From: Phoronis australis
Lineage: Eukaryota; Animalia; Phoronida
Assembly (NCBI GenBank): GCA_002633005.1
Contig: NMRA01000052.1
Coordinates: 150,613-214,612, forward strand
Direction of reading: 5' to 3'
Length of the DNA stretch: 64,000 bases
The notes below the pieces were generated by a model. The model was not told where the DNA came from. It ran no database searches and saw only the letters and a program-made list of their open reading frames with translations. The position numbers and the translations under genes are program-made. Below, one piece after another: positions 11,720-24,600 of this stretch (its first letter is position 1; every line of letters begins with the position of its first letter).

Positions 11720-13276
11720 ATTGTGCTTCAGCTTATGTTATTGACCCACGAGGCCGCAAATCCATGGGCTAGTTTTTAGTAACTATGAGCCACGTTAACC
11801 GAATGTCTTCCCTTTTTGATTCGATTTTTTGGGGGTGGCATTTGAAAATGCTTATTTCTTCTGCTAACTCAATACGTTACGCGATTCGTGATTGATCCTA
11901 AAGGAGAATGCCACCAGATTTAATTAGTCTTTTTTACCGTCTTAATCGGTCTATATCCACATCGCCTCTTATATGGTCGACCTTACCTTGCCCTGAGATG
12001 TCGCGTTAAACTGTGAGGAAGGTGAGAAACGACGCAGCGATAAGTTGACACCAGTAAGCGTGTTGTGAACGGCTGAACAGACTGCGTTCGAACCGATTAC
12101 GTCATTGGTTAATTTCAACATCTCCATCTGCCGTTTGGTGTCGGGTAAAACAACTGTGAACTTGCTGTTATAGAGTGGAACTACTCGATCTAAATTGATT
12201 CAAAATACTTTGTTTTGGTGGTGGCATTCTCCTTTAACGGTTGACTGCATTTCAGTTTAAATGAACACTTAAATCAACAGTTGGTATCTGTAGTGTTGCA
12301 ATATGCCACACCCCTTGTCGCTGAAATTGTTATTTTGATCAGCTGCTCTGCGCAATGTTCTTGTATTAGATCCTGAATGTAATGCGTATTATTCAGGACA
12401 AAATCAGGAGCAATATTGAAAGTTTTAGTGCGCCCCTTACCGGAGTTATGCTATTACAGTTGGTCAATGATTTGTTGTGCGTCAATGACGTGGGGCGCGA
12501 TCCTAACATTATCCCTGGTTTCGCATTAAATATGGATATTTTTCTTAAATTACTCAAAGAGCCAATATTGATAACACTTAAAATGTAAAGGGGATACAGG
12601 GAGATTTTTGAGGAGCTTCAAAGTGAAAGAGAGTGACGTGAAAAGCGCGGTCGGTGGGCCTTGTGCACTTGCCTTGACCTGTGGCTTGTCTGACTTGGAG
12701 GAAGACGTGTACCACGAGCTGGATTCTATTATCCCGGTCATCGGTGTGTTCATGTCCCAGCAGGAAAGAGGTCTCGAACTCTCGAGGCATTCAGAAGCCA
12801 CCTCATGGTGAAGTTATAATGACTTCCTTCTCATAGTGATTCTTTCTCCATAACGTTAATTCTCAAACCATTAAATGGCGTGTTTTATTTTCAAGCAATT
12901 AAGTCAGCGAGTAACAGATGGGTAGGCCTATCGAAAAACCAAAGTGACCGGGGTTTGAAACGGACAGTTTCTATGAAGTTTGTCATGGCAACTACTGTGT
13001 TGTTACAGCATCTCACAGATGCGACTCTTCTGAAACCACCTGCTGCCGAGACTATATTTGACTTCAGCGCCATCTATATATCAACGGTACGCCTATGTGC
13101 GCGTGTGGACATTTCCGATAGCGCGCGTTGAATTCAAAATACTTACGCCATTAACGTATGTCATAGAACAAATAAACTGTCCACAGAATCCATTTTTAAT
13201 GGAGTAAAGTATTTTTTCACTTAAGCACTAATATCCCAATTACTTTCGGGCAATGGCGTTGATTTGCTACTTGACC

Positions 13277-14525
13277 TTTTTATGCGCCCACATATTTATA
13301 TATGTGGACGCATTATGCCGTCATCTCCGTCCGGCATACGTCCGGCGTTCGCTGCTCTATCTCCAAAACCCTTTGACGTACGTTCATGAAATTTTGCACA
13401 TATGTTCCTATTATAGATGGTGCGGCATGAGCGAACTTTCGGACGGATCCGACTACCGGTGTGCCCCCCTAGTGGCAGTTTTAGTACTTTACGTTTGCCT
13501 TTATATCTTCATAGATCCTCAACGTATTTTCATATAATTTGGTATGTAGGCATCTACTAGTGAGATGACGATATCCTCCCGTTTTCGGATGGATTCGACG
13601 TAGTTTGCGCCACATAGTGGCCATTTTTGCTGTTTTCGAGTCTGTTTTTTGGCGTCCACCCCTCTATCAACCAAGCCGCTGTAAGGATGATTGTGGAAAT
13701 TGGCATGTATGTTTCTACTATGAAGAGGACGGCTGACGATGATTTTCTGACGATTTCAACTACTGTGGCGCCTCCGAGTGGCAGCTTTGTTTTTTGCACC
13801 CATGACTGTATCTCTTTTTGCAGCATCTTTGCTAATGTTGACAATGGATGACAACAGCTTTCGGACGGATCTGATTACCAGTGTGTTCCCTAGTGGCAAT
13901 TTTCATTTTAAGGCTTGCCTCTGTATCTTCAAAGGTCCTCAATGGATTATCAGAAAGTTTGGAATAAGGGATTTATTGGTGAGATGATGCTATCCTCCCG
14001 CTTTCGGATGGCCATTTTTCCTGTTTTCGAGTCTTGTTTTTTGGCGTCCACCAAACCATTCTAAGGATGATTGGCGTATATGTTCTCAGTATGAAGAGGA
14101 CGGTTGACGATAATGAATTCGACTACTGTGGTGCCTCCTAGTGGTAGTTTTGTTTTGTTTTGGGGACCATAGCTGCATCTCCTAAACTCACTGCAGGATC
14201 TTTGTTAAATTTAGTAATTGTATTTATATGAAGCTAACAACAGAAGACGACGTCTTTCAGGCGGATCCAATGAACGCTGTGCCCGATAGTGGCAATTTCA
14301 TTATTTTCTGTTTTCCTTTTTACCTGAAGTTCCTTGACAGATTTTTATGAAATTTAGTAAATATTTTTTTCTATTAAAGAAGCAATGGCATGTTCTTATT
14401 TTCGGATGGATTGGATTTTTTTCGCCATCTAGTGGCTATTTTTATGAAAGAAATAAACAACCCTAGAATCACTCCGTTTGCGGTGCGTTCGTGGGCGCAT
14501 TTCAACGCTTCGCGTTGCTCTTGTT
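13277..14525 (+). mobile_element. Helentron/HINE-like non-autonomous element with internal tandem repeats
   Basis: Starts ttttATGCGCCCAC with a hairpin and a ccgt-like microsatellite. Internal repeated units (c.ctagtggca, ttttcggatgga; 13560-13760 resembles 13980-14130). Ends GTGGGCGCAT (subterminal inverted repeat) followed by hairpin caacgcttcgcgttg and ctcttgtt. Confidence 0.65.
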
Positions 14526-14945
14526 ACTCTGCGCGTGTAAGCGCAGAGTACTCAGTATACGTTGTTCCTGGGTTTTCTTCAATTTTACTCTTATTCTTAC
14601 ACTTCTTATTCTTCTTCCGACCAACTTTGAGGCTTAATAACTCCAAATTGGGTGCAGGTACGGTCTTTAAATTCAGCATATGACTTGACAGTATATAAAT
14701 TTTGATTGGTTATATAATCATTTTCCATATTGCACCGAAAGAGGTCGTTTGGTGCAAAGGTCATATAATTTTCAAAATTCTACTCCTCCTTCAGCTTTAA
14801 AGCTTATCTTTTTCAAATTCGGTGCACAGGTATAAGTCAACATGACAATTTAAAAAAATACTATTCTAAGTTAGTAATTCCTTCCTGTTGATAGCGGTAT
14901 CTGTGACCGACATTTGTTTGACTACAAGTACTAATGCATGTGACA
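14523..14945 (+). mobile_element. Second Helentron/HINE-like element abutting the first
   Basis: Hairpin actctgcgc-gtgtaa-gcgcagagt followed by a CTT-rich microsatellite and typical body (aaattgggtgcag, caaaggtca). Right end uncertain. Confidence 0.45.
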
Positions 14946-15332
14946 TTACCCGTTCATATCGGTTATTACGATGCCGAAGTTGAAAAGAAACTGAAAGTTT
15001 CGTGGTTTCAAAACTGTTTCAAAACGTCTCCCATTTCTGTTTCCCTATTTTTGCAACAAGATTTTGTTGACATAACGCGTGACATTAAATCGGCTGACAT
15101 TTGCAACGCTTTCCTACAACTGCAATATTTATCAAAACTAAATCCCGAGAAATTTACATTGCATGCTACCGAGTGTCATTGGATGTAATTGAACATTAGT
15201 GTTTTCAGATAAGATTTAATTATATTTCAGTAAGCTATTGATTACTTTTTAAATTGCTTATTTTAATTTCAAGTTTTCCTACGTCATCTTGTTAGTCAGA
15301 CTTCTACTATTCTGTTCTTATCAAGAGCCCAT

Positions 15333-15480
15333 CATGGGCGGCGCAGCACTGAAAAAAGTGGGGTGGCTTTATCCCCCCAGTACCCCCTGTGGTGCACCGC
15401 CCATAGACCATGGGCTGCGTAACATTGAAAAAGTGGTGGCTATAGCCCCCATCCCCTTATGGTGCACCGTCCTTGCCTAT
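15333..15480 (+). mobile_element. Two adjacent copies of short MITE family R4 (CATGGGCGGCGCA TIR, about 70 bp)
   Basis: catgggcggcgcagcactgaaaaaagtgggg...ggtgcaccgcccata followed by a second diverged copy; single copy at 35318-35385. Confidence 0.7.
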
Positions 15481-17764
15481 GCGAGAACAGTATCCAGAAT
15501 TAAAAGTTTCTTACTGCTAAAGTTAGCAATCAAAAGCAAGGCCTCTGTTTTTCCTGGGATCGTATTTGGCAACCTGAGTAAGCCGAACGAGTTTTGAATA
15601 TACCATGTCAAAAAATGTTCATGTAAGCCAACGTAAAACCAGTGGTGTTGTTGAAGTTGGGTGGCAAGTAACAGCAACGTTGGCATTGCCACGGATATGG
15701 TGCCACTGCTAAATTGTAGTATAGGGTAGGCGTATGTGTTAGGGGTCAGGGGGGTAATATTTTCTGACCCTAGCGGCATTTATCCTGGGTACACCAATGA
15801 GCGATTTTCAGCCGTAATTCTGGCAGAGATAGAGGCGAACCGCTGCCCAATTTTCCTTTGGTCAGTATATTAACATGTCCATGCTTACCTGATTTGTTCT
15901 AGTTCGGTTTCGGTTTGACCTCATTAACGGGTGTGTGTCTAATGAGCAAATTGTACCAAATAAAACAAAATGGTAATTGCTTTTAAAGAAGACAATGTGG
16001 CTATGTTTGGTGCCCAATACAGTATAAACTGTATATGATCATTTTGGTAGCAATTAATTCATCTGGTTTTAATTTGTAAATTTGTCATTAGAGCTTTGAA
16101 AAGAAAATCACACCAAACGTGCTAATGTAAATTAACATATGTTAATTAGATTTTAATGAATGTCTTCTTCACAATCAGTTAACAACAACTCATTTGGAAA
16201 AACTTCAACAGTATTGAATATTTGTTTGATAAAAGGTTATCGCAGATACATTCAAAATTTAAATGCTGAACAACAATCTGTAGCCGCTGTGTTAACAACT
16301 TATCAAACGGCCCTCCGTTTTAGGGTTTTCCTAAAACCGATTTGTGGAGGTTAAAATTCACCCAGAAGTATAAGGAAAGAAGTAGCCCTTGGTTTTTGTG
16401 TTTTTGTTTTGCAATTACGAATGAAAAGTGTACCTTGTAAAATGACCCAACTCAATACTTTGTGTTACCAACAGGTAACGTTGGCTCTTGATCGCATGAA
16501 TATTGTTTTCGTTCAGCATAATATGACAATGATAAGAATGCATCCCAATGTCTCTTGTTCGGGTTGGCAAAACTGCAAGTGTCAGTGCCTCCAATTTTAA
16601 TTAGCTGACCTTGTTCCATAAACTGCCGGTTGTGTACAGTTTAAAATATGGTTGCTGAATGGGGATGTCACTGAACGGGAACTGAGGATGGTGACTTCAT
16701 GAACTGGGGTGAAACGTCGTCCACAACACCACAATTATGTAAGCATACCTTTATTAATAAAACCTCAAATATAATTTTTGATTAAAAAATACAAAATTAT
16801 CAAAATATGTATATGGCAACAACGCAACATTTTAAATGTTACAATAAAAAACAATGAAGCAAAAGAGTACACACGCTGAGCGTGTTAACAAACATGTTGT
16901 CCCTGAAAGTGTCACAGTGTCGGAGTGATAATTTGTGGACACAAACTGTTGGCTACTAAAATAAGTTTGAATAATTAATATGACACGAAATTAATTGGAA
17001 CAAACTGACACACGTGATCATGAAGATGATTTCCAGTGAATATTGGTTAATCCATTTTCATCAAAAATGAAAAAGAACTTGAATGACAGAAAATAAACCC
17101 CACACGTTTTTGTGTGACGAGAAAAATGAACAAGAGCAGGGACTACATGCAACATAAGAGTAAAAAACACGTTTTAAATTAGATGCAATTTCAAGTTATG
17201 CATATTCACACTCATGTTTCCCATCTCCAGGGAATTACTGCCTCCATCTTCTTGATTACGTAGAAACTCTGAACCGGAAACGCACCTGAACCAGCCAGAC
17301 ATGCGCATAGACCAAGCGATCAGAAATGGCAACAATTTGTCTGGAGACTGAAGCTCTCATGCGAGAGCAAAATTGTTCTCCCATGAACGACGAAGCCCCA
17401 CTGCCAATATTAAAGGACATTGCTATATTTTTAAAAGGCATTTTTGGTTAATTTTGGAATAATTTGCTAAATTTGAATCGTTTTAATCGATTTTTAAAAA
17501 AATATATTAACCAGTCTTTAAAGCGTAAGTGCGATGCAGTACAAGTTGTGCCTAATCGGTTGAATCGCTAATGAATTAGTTTATTGCGTGTTTCTGCCAT
17601 CACTGCTCGAGTCAAAGGCAAATTGTTACGTAACGAAGCTGGGACTGAAAATCTGCGGGCGTTTCGGCCATTGGGCACAGTTCTCCGAACTTAAAAGCGA
17701 GGAATACAGCTTACTCAGCTGCATAAAGTTAATTAGACACCGCGAAACAGAAATAATGGAATGG

Positions 17765-17997
17765 CATGCGCGCACCCAGCCTTCAACATGGGGGGCTCGA
17801 ATTCCTGGCGTTATGGACCTTTTGGTAACAAAAAAGCGGGCGGACTAAAAATAAAAAAAACGGGAGGACCCCTGTGAATTGCGCGTGTGTGCTTGTTTAG
17901 TGCACTTTTGTCTCGTTTTCCCGACTTGTTGTTACTCGGAAGCGTACTTTTTCCCCACTTCGTTCGAGCCCCCCGAGCCCCCCTGGGAGCGCGCATG
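17765..17997 (+). mobile_element. MITE family R3 (CATGCGCGC TIR)
   Basis: catgcgcgcacccagcc...gggagcgcgcatg, TSD aatgg/aacgg; copies at 35047-35246, about 38450-38691 (-) and about 43880-44118 (-). Confidence 0.75.
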
Positions 17998-18685
17998 AAC
18001 GGTAGCTTTTCTGTGAGGTCTGTCGTGAGCTTGCTTTTTTGTAAGATCCGTGCGTCTACCGAACGCACCCCAGTTGACGTTTAGGAATACATTCATTGCG
18101 TCTCAGTTCCGACTTTAGGAATTGATGTATTCTTTATTTTCAATTTTGAGATCGACTTAACTGAGTTTTGATTTACCGTTTAAAGTAAGCAAATATGTCA
18201 AATTGACCAAAAGGTCTTCATAAAAACGTGACATTCCTCTTTAACAACCATGGCACGTGACATTAATTCAACAGGGATTTAAGTAAAACCACGTGCTCGT
18301 GTTGGTATCCTGAATTCGAGAGGAGTAGAATTAAGCGGATTCCGAGACACTAAGCAAAGTCAATCTCAGCGGAACATGTGAGGTTGTCAGCTGGTAAAAC
18401 TGTTATCAAAAATCGTATTTTTATGACTTAGTTCACTCCACAGTACTTCACGTACACTATATACGTAATTTTGCAGAAACGACGTCTCACGTTGGGTTGC
18501 ATAACCCTTTCTTCAAAGCAGGAACTCAATTCTATAAGAACAGTCGCACGCGTCCGTAGTCACATGTACGCAAGAAGTTTCATTATACCCAGATATTGAA
18601 TATAGGCTCTCATCTTCGGATTTAAGTCCGTTATAACAGGTATGTGAGGCAGTGGAGATCTGAATTTCGCTTTTAATGGGAGCCA

Positions 18686-21600
18686 TTACAACATAAAGAC
18701 ACCAAAAAACGTGCGTGACTTAGATCGTAACGGTAGCTTCAACACGCTTGAAACTTTTAAATACAATTGGTCACCTCGTTGAAGCGAAAGTGTTGCTCCT
18801 GTGAAATCAGCAGACTGTGCGTCCCTTCCGGAATGTGTAGCACCAACGCTTTCTAGCAGTGTCTGTTTCCCGCCATTTGGTAGGTTGACGTTGTAGCGAT
18901 GCACAGAAAACCATTCCTGCTTGGTATCCCTATCACTTTCGTTAACGATGAAGCTCACGTGTGCATACACAAAGTACAGGCCTGTTCGCTGAATAATCAG
19001 GCGTCCACCTTGTAAACCGACCTGTCGTCTGTAAGATGGCAGCCGATCGGTGACCCAATGACGCACTTCCGCCTCAGATTGGACGGTTGCAGGATAAAAT
19101 CCTTAAAACGGGATCAAACAATTATATTGCCATCTGAATTGTTTTTCCGTAGCTTGTCAGTTTATCTTTTTTTCAGTTGACTACTTCTTGTTGATGGTGA
19201 ATTTAAATTACATTCAGTATCCTAGCTCCACTTAACACAATGAAATAAACTTGCACTTGAATTCATAGTCAAGAACTACGCCATCTATTGAACAGTATTG
19301 GACACGAACATCATGTCAAAAATACCCGTGTTAAATTGAAACAGCTCCTTTTAAGTTAACAAGTAATAATGTACAAACCCACGTATAAACTATTGCATTA
19401 TTGTCTATCTGTATAGCTTCTTATGACGTCACTGACTTGTGTTTTTGAATGCCAATTCATCAACTTAAATCGTATGGAGCGCAAAAAAACAAATTGATGT
19501 GTAAATAAGCTGAAAATGTTTTAATTAGAAGCAGTTGGACTCAAGACCGTGAACAGTCACAGAATTCCAACATCGATACTTACCGGCGGGTGGTCGGCAG
19601 CAAACTAAAAGCGCCGAAGGTTTGTTAGAGACTGATGTGGTCACTGTATGGTCAGGACCCGTATGTATGTTTCCTATAAAGTTGATAAAGAAAAAATAAT
19701 CTCATGAGACTGTGGACAATACCATACTTGTTCGTTGTCAGACCGCGTACCGATTTATCCCAATAGTGGCCTCAGTTCACGTGTAAAACAAATCTTTAGC
19801 CTATACTATTTCAACTTTTTATTGTCACAGATATTTCCCTCATAACATGCAACTTTCATTGTGTCGTGTTTTTATCACTTCCTTCTATAACCTGGCTTTG
19901 CGTGAACAAATGTGTTATGGATAAAGTTGCTGCTATGAATACGATCCCTGTCAGAAGGACTAGTTCTCATTTTTACTTTTTATTCCACTAACGATTAAAA
20001 GTGCCCTAAACCCGTTCCTTAAACGCACAGGCGGATCCAGAATTTTGAGTTGGGGAGGAGCAGGACAGAGTATTAACCAGGATTTTGCTTATCAGACATT
20101 CTCACCCCCGAATTGCCAAATGGAATTTGGGAGAATTTTAGGGAAGCCATTGCCCCCTCGCACCCCCCCAAATCCGCCACTGAAACGGGTTACAAGTTTT
20201 TCACAGTTCGTAAGTGCTTGTGGGTGTGTTTGGCACATCACGTGACTCTCGGGTGAAATTGTCTTGATGAGCCTGGTTTTGAGCAATAAAATATTGTAAA
20301 CTCTTTCCAAACCCGGAATTGAAATCCCATTCAAATGTGCATATCGCCCTGTTTAGCTGGTTAAAAACTGAGAATGGAACTAGGTCTTACTTTCATGAAG
20401 CCGATTTCGTATTATTCCTTACCGTTACTAACTCAAGTCATGCGTCACTTAAAAAAAACTCTGAAGCGTTTTCTTTAGTCATTGGTAGTTTCGTTGTTCT
20501 TATTGGTAATGTAAAAGGAAACCTGCCACGGCAAGGAATTTTATACTAGACTAATTTATGAAAGTAAAAGGACCAATTCGATTCGCCTGTCATCTAAAGA
20601 GGGCAAAATGCAGATTTAATCTAGACAGCAAACAATTTAAGACTTAAATTATAACTCCAAGTGACGTGAGTCAAGAACTAGCTTTTGGCAGAAGGTACAT
20701 GCATACTTACTTTAATTGTGTTTGATGCATATATACTTAACGGTCTAGATGGAAGTTCAGCCCGACTTAAAATCAATGACGTGTGTCCGGGACATTCCCG
20801 CCATGGCCATTTCTGTTAATTTTCCGCAAACAACACAGCAAAGAACAGCGTTCACGTGACTTGGGGAAAACGCTAGAGCTGCGTGGTAATGCCATGTCTT
20901 GCTGCCTTTTGTGACAAAACTTCTGTCTTATCAGAGAGTATTTGTTAAAAGCGTAGTGAAGGATTTAATTTAGGTGATTAAAATTAACTAACGATCTCAC
21001 CTTGTGAAATTTCCCTGTTTATACGATTGGCAGTTACCTGAAAAAGAAATTTCATCATCAAGTGACAAATGTCGTCCTGTTAATATCCAAATCCCAAGTG
21101 TAGCGTTCCGTAGAACAAACCAACTTTTGATTTAGACCACTAGATGTCGCTATAAAATTGATCTCGGCATGTTCCTTGCACTCATGAGAAGTAATTTTTG
21201 GTCTTGCAAAGAACTGGCTATTCTCGAGCGAATTAACTGACGCATCGTGACAATTTAAGTTGTAGATGCTTGTCTCGGTCAGTAGCAAACGGACAGCTCA
21301 TTCCAAGTTCAGAAGACGTACCTATTTAGACCAAGGAACAATTTGAGACCAATTTAACATCCGTAGGTGTATTAAATCAAATGTTTTTGTGACGGAAAGC
21401 GGCTTTAAAGCGGCTTTTTAAAAGATTGAAAAGATTTCAAAAATCACAACAAATTTTAACGGTAGTAGTATTCGCATGTTTAGGGGGAATGCTTTGACTC
21501 TGGTATGAATAAATGTGGCATATCCAAATAATATATGTAACGAAAAACAATGCATTCTGTTAGCATCAGCAAAAGAGCTTGGCCTAATCGACTTGATAAT

Positions 21601-24600
21601 TAGCATGACGATGCAGTTGTTGCGCTCAGATCACTTGATTAGGTCTAAAATGTGAAAATTTAAAGTTCGTTTGCCTTTACCCGACCGACAAAATTCTTCC
21701 GACTTTTTATTTACTGTGCTGTAACACATTTCGCCCTTTTGCTTCATTGATGACTCAGCCCAGGAATAAGTGCGTACTGGTGACTTGGTTGATTCCTTGC
21801 AAAAACGAGCAATAAAATCGTAAACGTGAGTTGTTAGTTTCTAAAGATTCTTGAAGCAGGCGTGGCTCACTGGTTGAGAAATAATAGCAAGATCGATGTA
21901 TGAAGCTATAAAAAGTTTTTTTGCCTACCTACCTACCCAGTTAAAAGTAGGGTCGGGTAAGGGCAAACAAAGATATTTTTAAGACTGGCCTTATCATACT
22001 TTTGGAATTGCTCATGGGGGTACGTACACATGATTGCACAGCGATATTTTGAAAGTTTCCCCGATGACCGGGCTACTGGTTAAAGTCAAAGTCTTAGTAT
22101 TGAAAGTTGCCCGCTCTCCCAGGCCAAATTGGCTGAGTGCCATGCATTGATTGTTGATAACCCCTGAAGTCACAATGTTCAGTTCTCTCTGAAATCGTTT
22201 CAGTTTTGCTTTAGCTGGTTGCAAACCCATTAGTTACAAACTGAAAAATTAGTCCCGAAAACCCTTGCAGAAAAGTAACGACACCGTTATTATGAAACAA
22301 AAGCAAAATTACAAACATCCAGCTGCCGCCTGTCTGCACCGGTCTTGAATAAGATTCCTGTGCTCGCAGTAAATTACTGCGCACGCTTCGCTTTACGGAT
22401 CACAACAGTATAAACCAATGCAGCTACTTGCTGCCTACATCCCAGTGACCCAATAAACACTGGGGCCTAGCTACATCTAATCGAAGTTGCATCTAACCGA
22501 AGTTACTGGACGTTGACTCGCAGAAAAACAAATAAATCACCTGGTTAGGCTACGGTAAACGATTTTTCACGTTTTACAAACATAAAAGGGTGAAAACTAC
22601 AGCTACTGCGAAACGCCAACTTAAGTTGCACAACTCGCGTGCCGTTTGAACGGAAAAATTCCCCAATCGGGTTGTGCAACATTCAACAACGGCCCTGACT
22701 CTGCGACGCATGACGTCTCACAGCAACAAAGGTCTGAATATAGGCATTCACTATTTTCAATGACCTCAATTATATTAGGCCCACATTCGAGTATGGATTA
22801 TTTGCATAGACCCTATTGGGCTTCCTAAGTGTTATTTTTTCGAGGAAGTCCGCTACCAGCGGACGAGTCATAACGTACTATAAATGTACGTTGGTATCGG
22901 TTTCGGACCACTGACGCATTCTTACGTCGCGTGGGTAGACGGTTTTCCCGCTTTCTTATCGCCCACTTACCCCTTGCCTGTTGTAAAACTATGACCCCGC
23001 GTTTCAACTCACTGCTTAGCCTTTTGATAACAAAATAAAACTGTACAAAAAGTCGCTTGTCTTTAACAAGGTCACGGTAAAACTTAGCCAGTCTAACCAA
23101 TTTCGGAGAAAAAATAATAATAATTATTGTAAAATTGGCTCCTTTCATTTTTAAACCGTTGTAACGTTATTGTGAGTACTTGCAGTTTCTCAAAACATTG
23201 TCTGATGGTAGCCATGGTGGAGTACTTTATAATGTTAAAGCATTGGGTTGGTGATACTTCACTTTCATGAAAAAATGAAGAAATGAAATTCCACTCGTCA
23301 GTTATATTTGTGTTCCAACTTGGTGATATTTACCTAACGGTGAACGAGACTAACGTTTTTAGATCTCACTCATTGTAAAAATCTTGTGATGTTTACTATT
23401 ATACTTCTGCTGTTGGAAAGTCACGCGTACTGCTTCTACCAGAAATATGAAAAACACCATCAAATTTCTTACCCCAAATAAACACTACTGCGCGCTCGTG
23501 CAACACAGCGCAGATGGAATTCTCAAAAGTCATGCATGTATGTTTTGATTTGCACCGTTGGGCATCAGTCCATTTAAAAGTGTTTGTATTTTTGTATGTT
23601 TTCAACACGCACTGTCTGAATTGTAAACAATTTACCACGATTCATTCATTTAATGGTGTTTTTCAATAACCATTTCCTAACAACAGTACACCCGTAATGA
23701 TCTTTTTTCGTAACAAATGTCAATAAACTTTATTCGAATTTCCGTTTCCTTTTATCAGTTGATACTCATTGCATGAACATTATTCCAATTTTGGACAATA
23801 GATATTTATGCGTAAACACGCAACGGTAAACAAAAACAGTACGACCAGGAAAGTACAACGATTCTCAAAACGTCGTTGTTTATGGAAAACAAACAAGATT
23901 CAAGACCCAAACCAAACGCCCTATTATTCGACCTCTTACTGCCATTTAGGGCACTCTAAAATTTTATTATCAGAAAGAGACAGTAGCATAGCTAGGCCTA
24001 ACGGTATCACCCACCCGTCCTCCCTCGCCGCTCTCCTCCCCCTGGTCGTCATAAGCGTTTAGTGTCCCCTTTATTTGTGATAATCTCTACCTGCAAGTCG
24101 CCACCTAATTTTACGTCCCAGTCGTTTTTGCCGCCCTCCCCCGTAGGTTCTGCGCTCGTATTAGGTTTATGCGCGGAGCGGACCACCCTCACGTACTAAG
24201 CAAAAGCTAAGAGGTTTTCGTGACTGCTTGCTTGACACGTAGAAACAAAAATGAGTTCAGCGAGCCTATCCGTTTCAAGATTTGTTATTGGGATCTGACG
24301 CGAGCCGATATACTTTTTACATGTTACGCCGGATGTGCGATGCCCTGAATTGCATTTGGTAGTTGTAGCGGAGACGACAAAGCTTGCTGGTCCGGAGTAC
24401 GAGCAATGAGTTACACCTATTAGGAGCGACTTGAGCTCAGTGGTCTTTAGGGGCAGATCCAATATTTTGAGTTGATGGGAGCCAGGGCAGAGTATTAGCC
24501 AAAATTTTGCCCGTCAGACATTCGCACCTCGAAATGCCAAATGGAATCTGAGAGAATTTTAGGGGGGCCATGGCCTCGTTGCCCCCCACTCCTCCCGCCC

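Noticed and set aside
12382-12811. Adjacent short ORFs with protein-like composition
   Set aside because: No recognisable motif or consistent splice structure; could be a decayed fragment but is unsupported.
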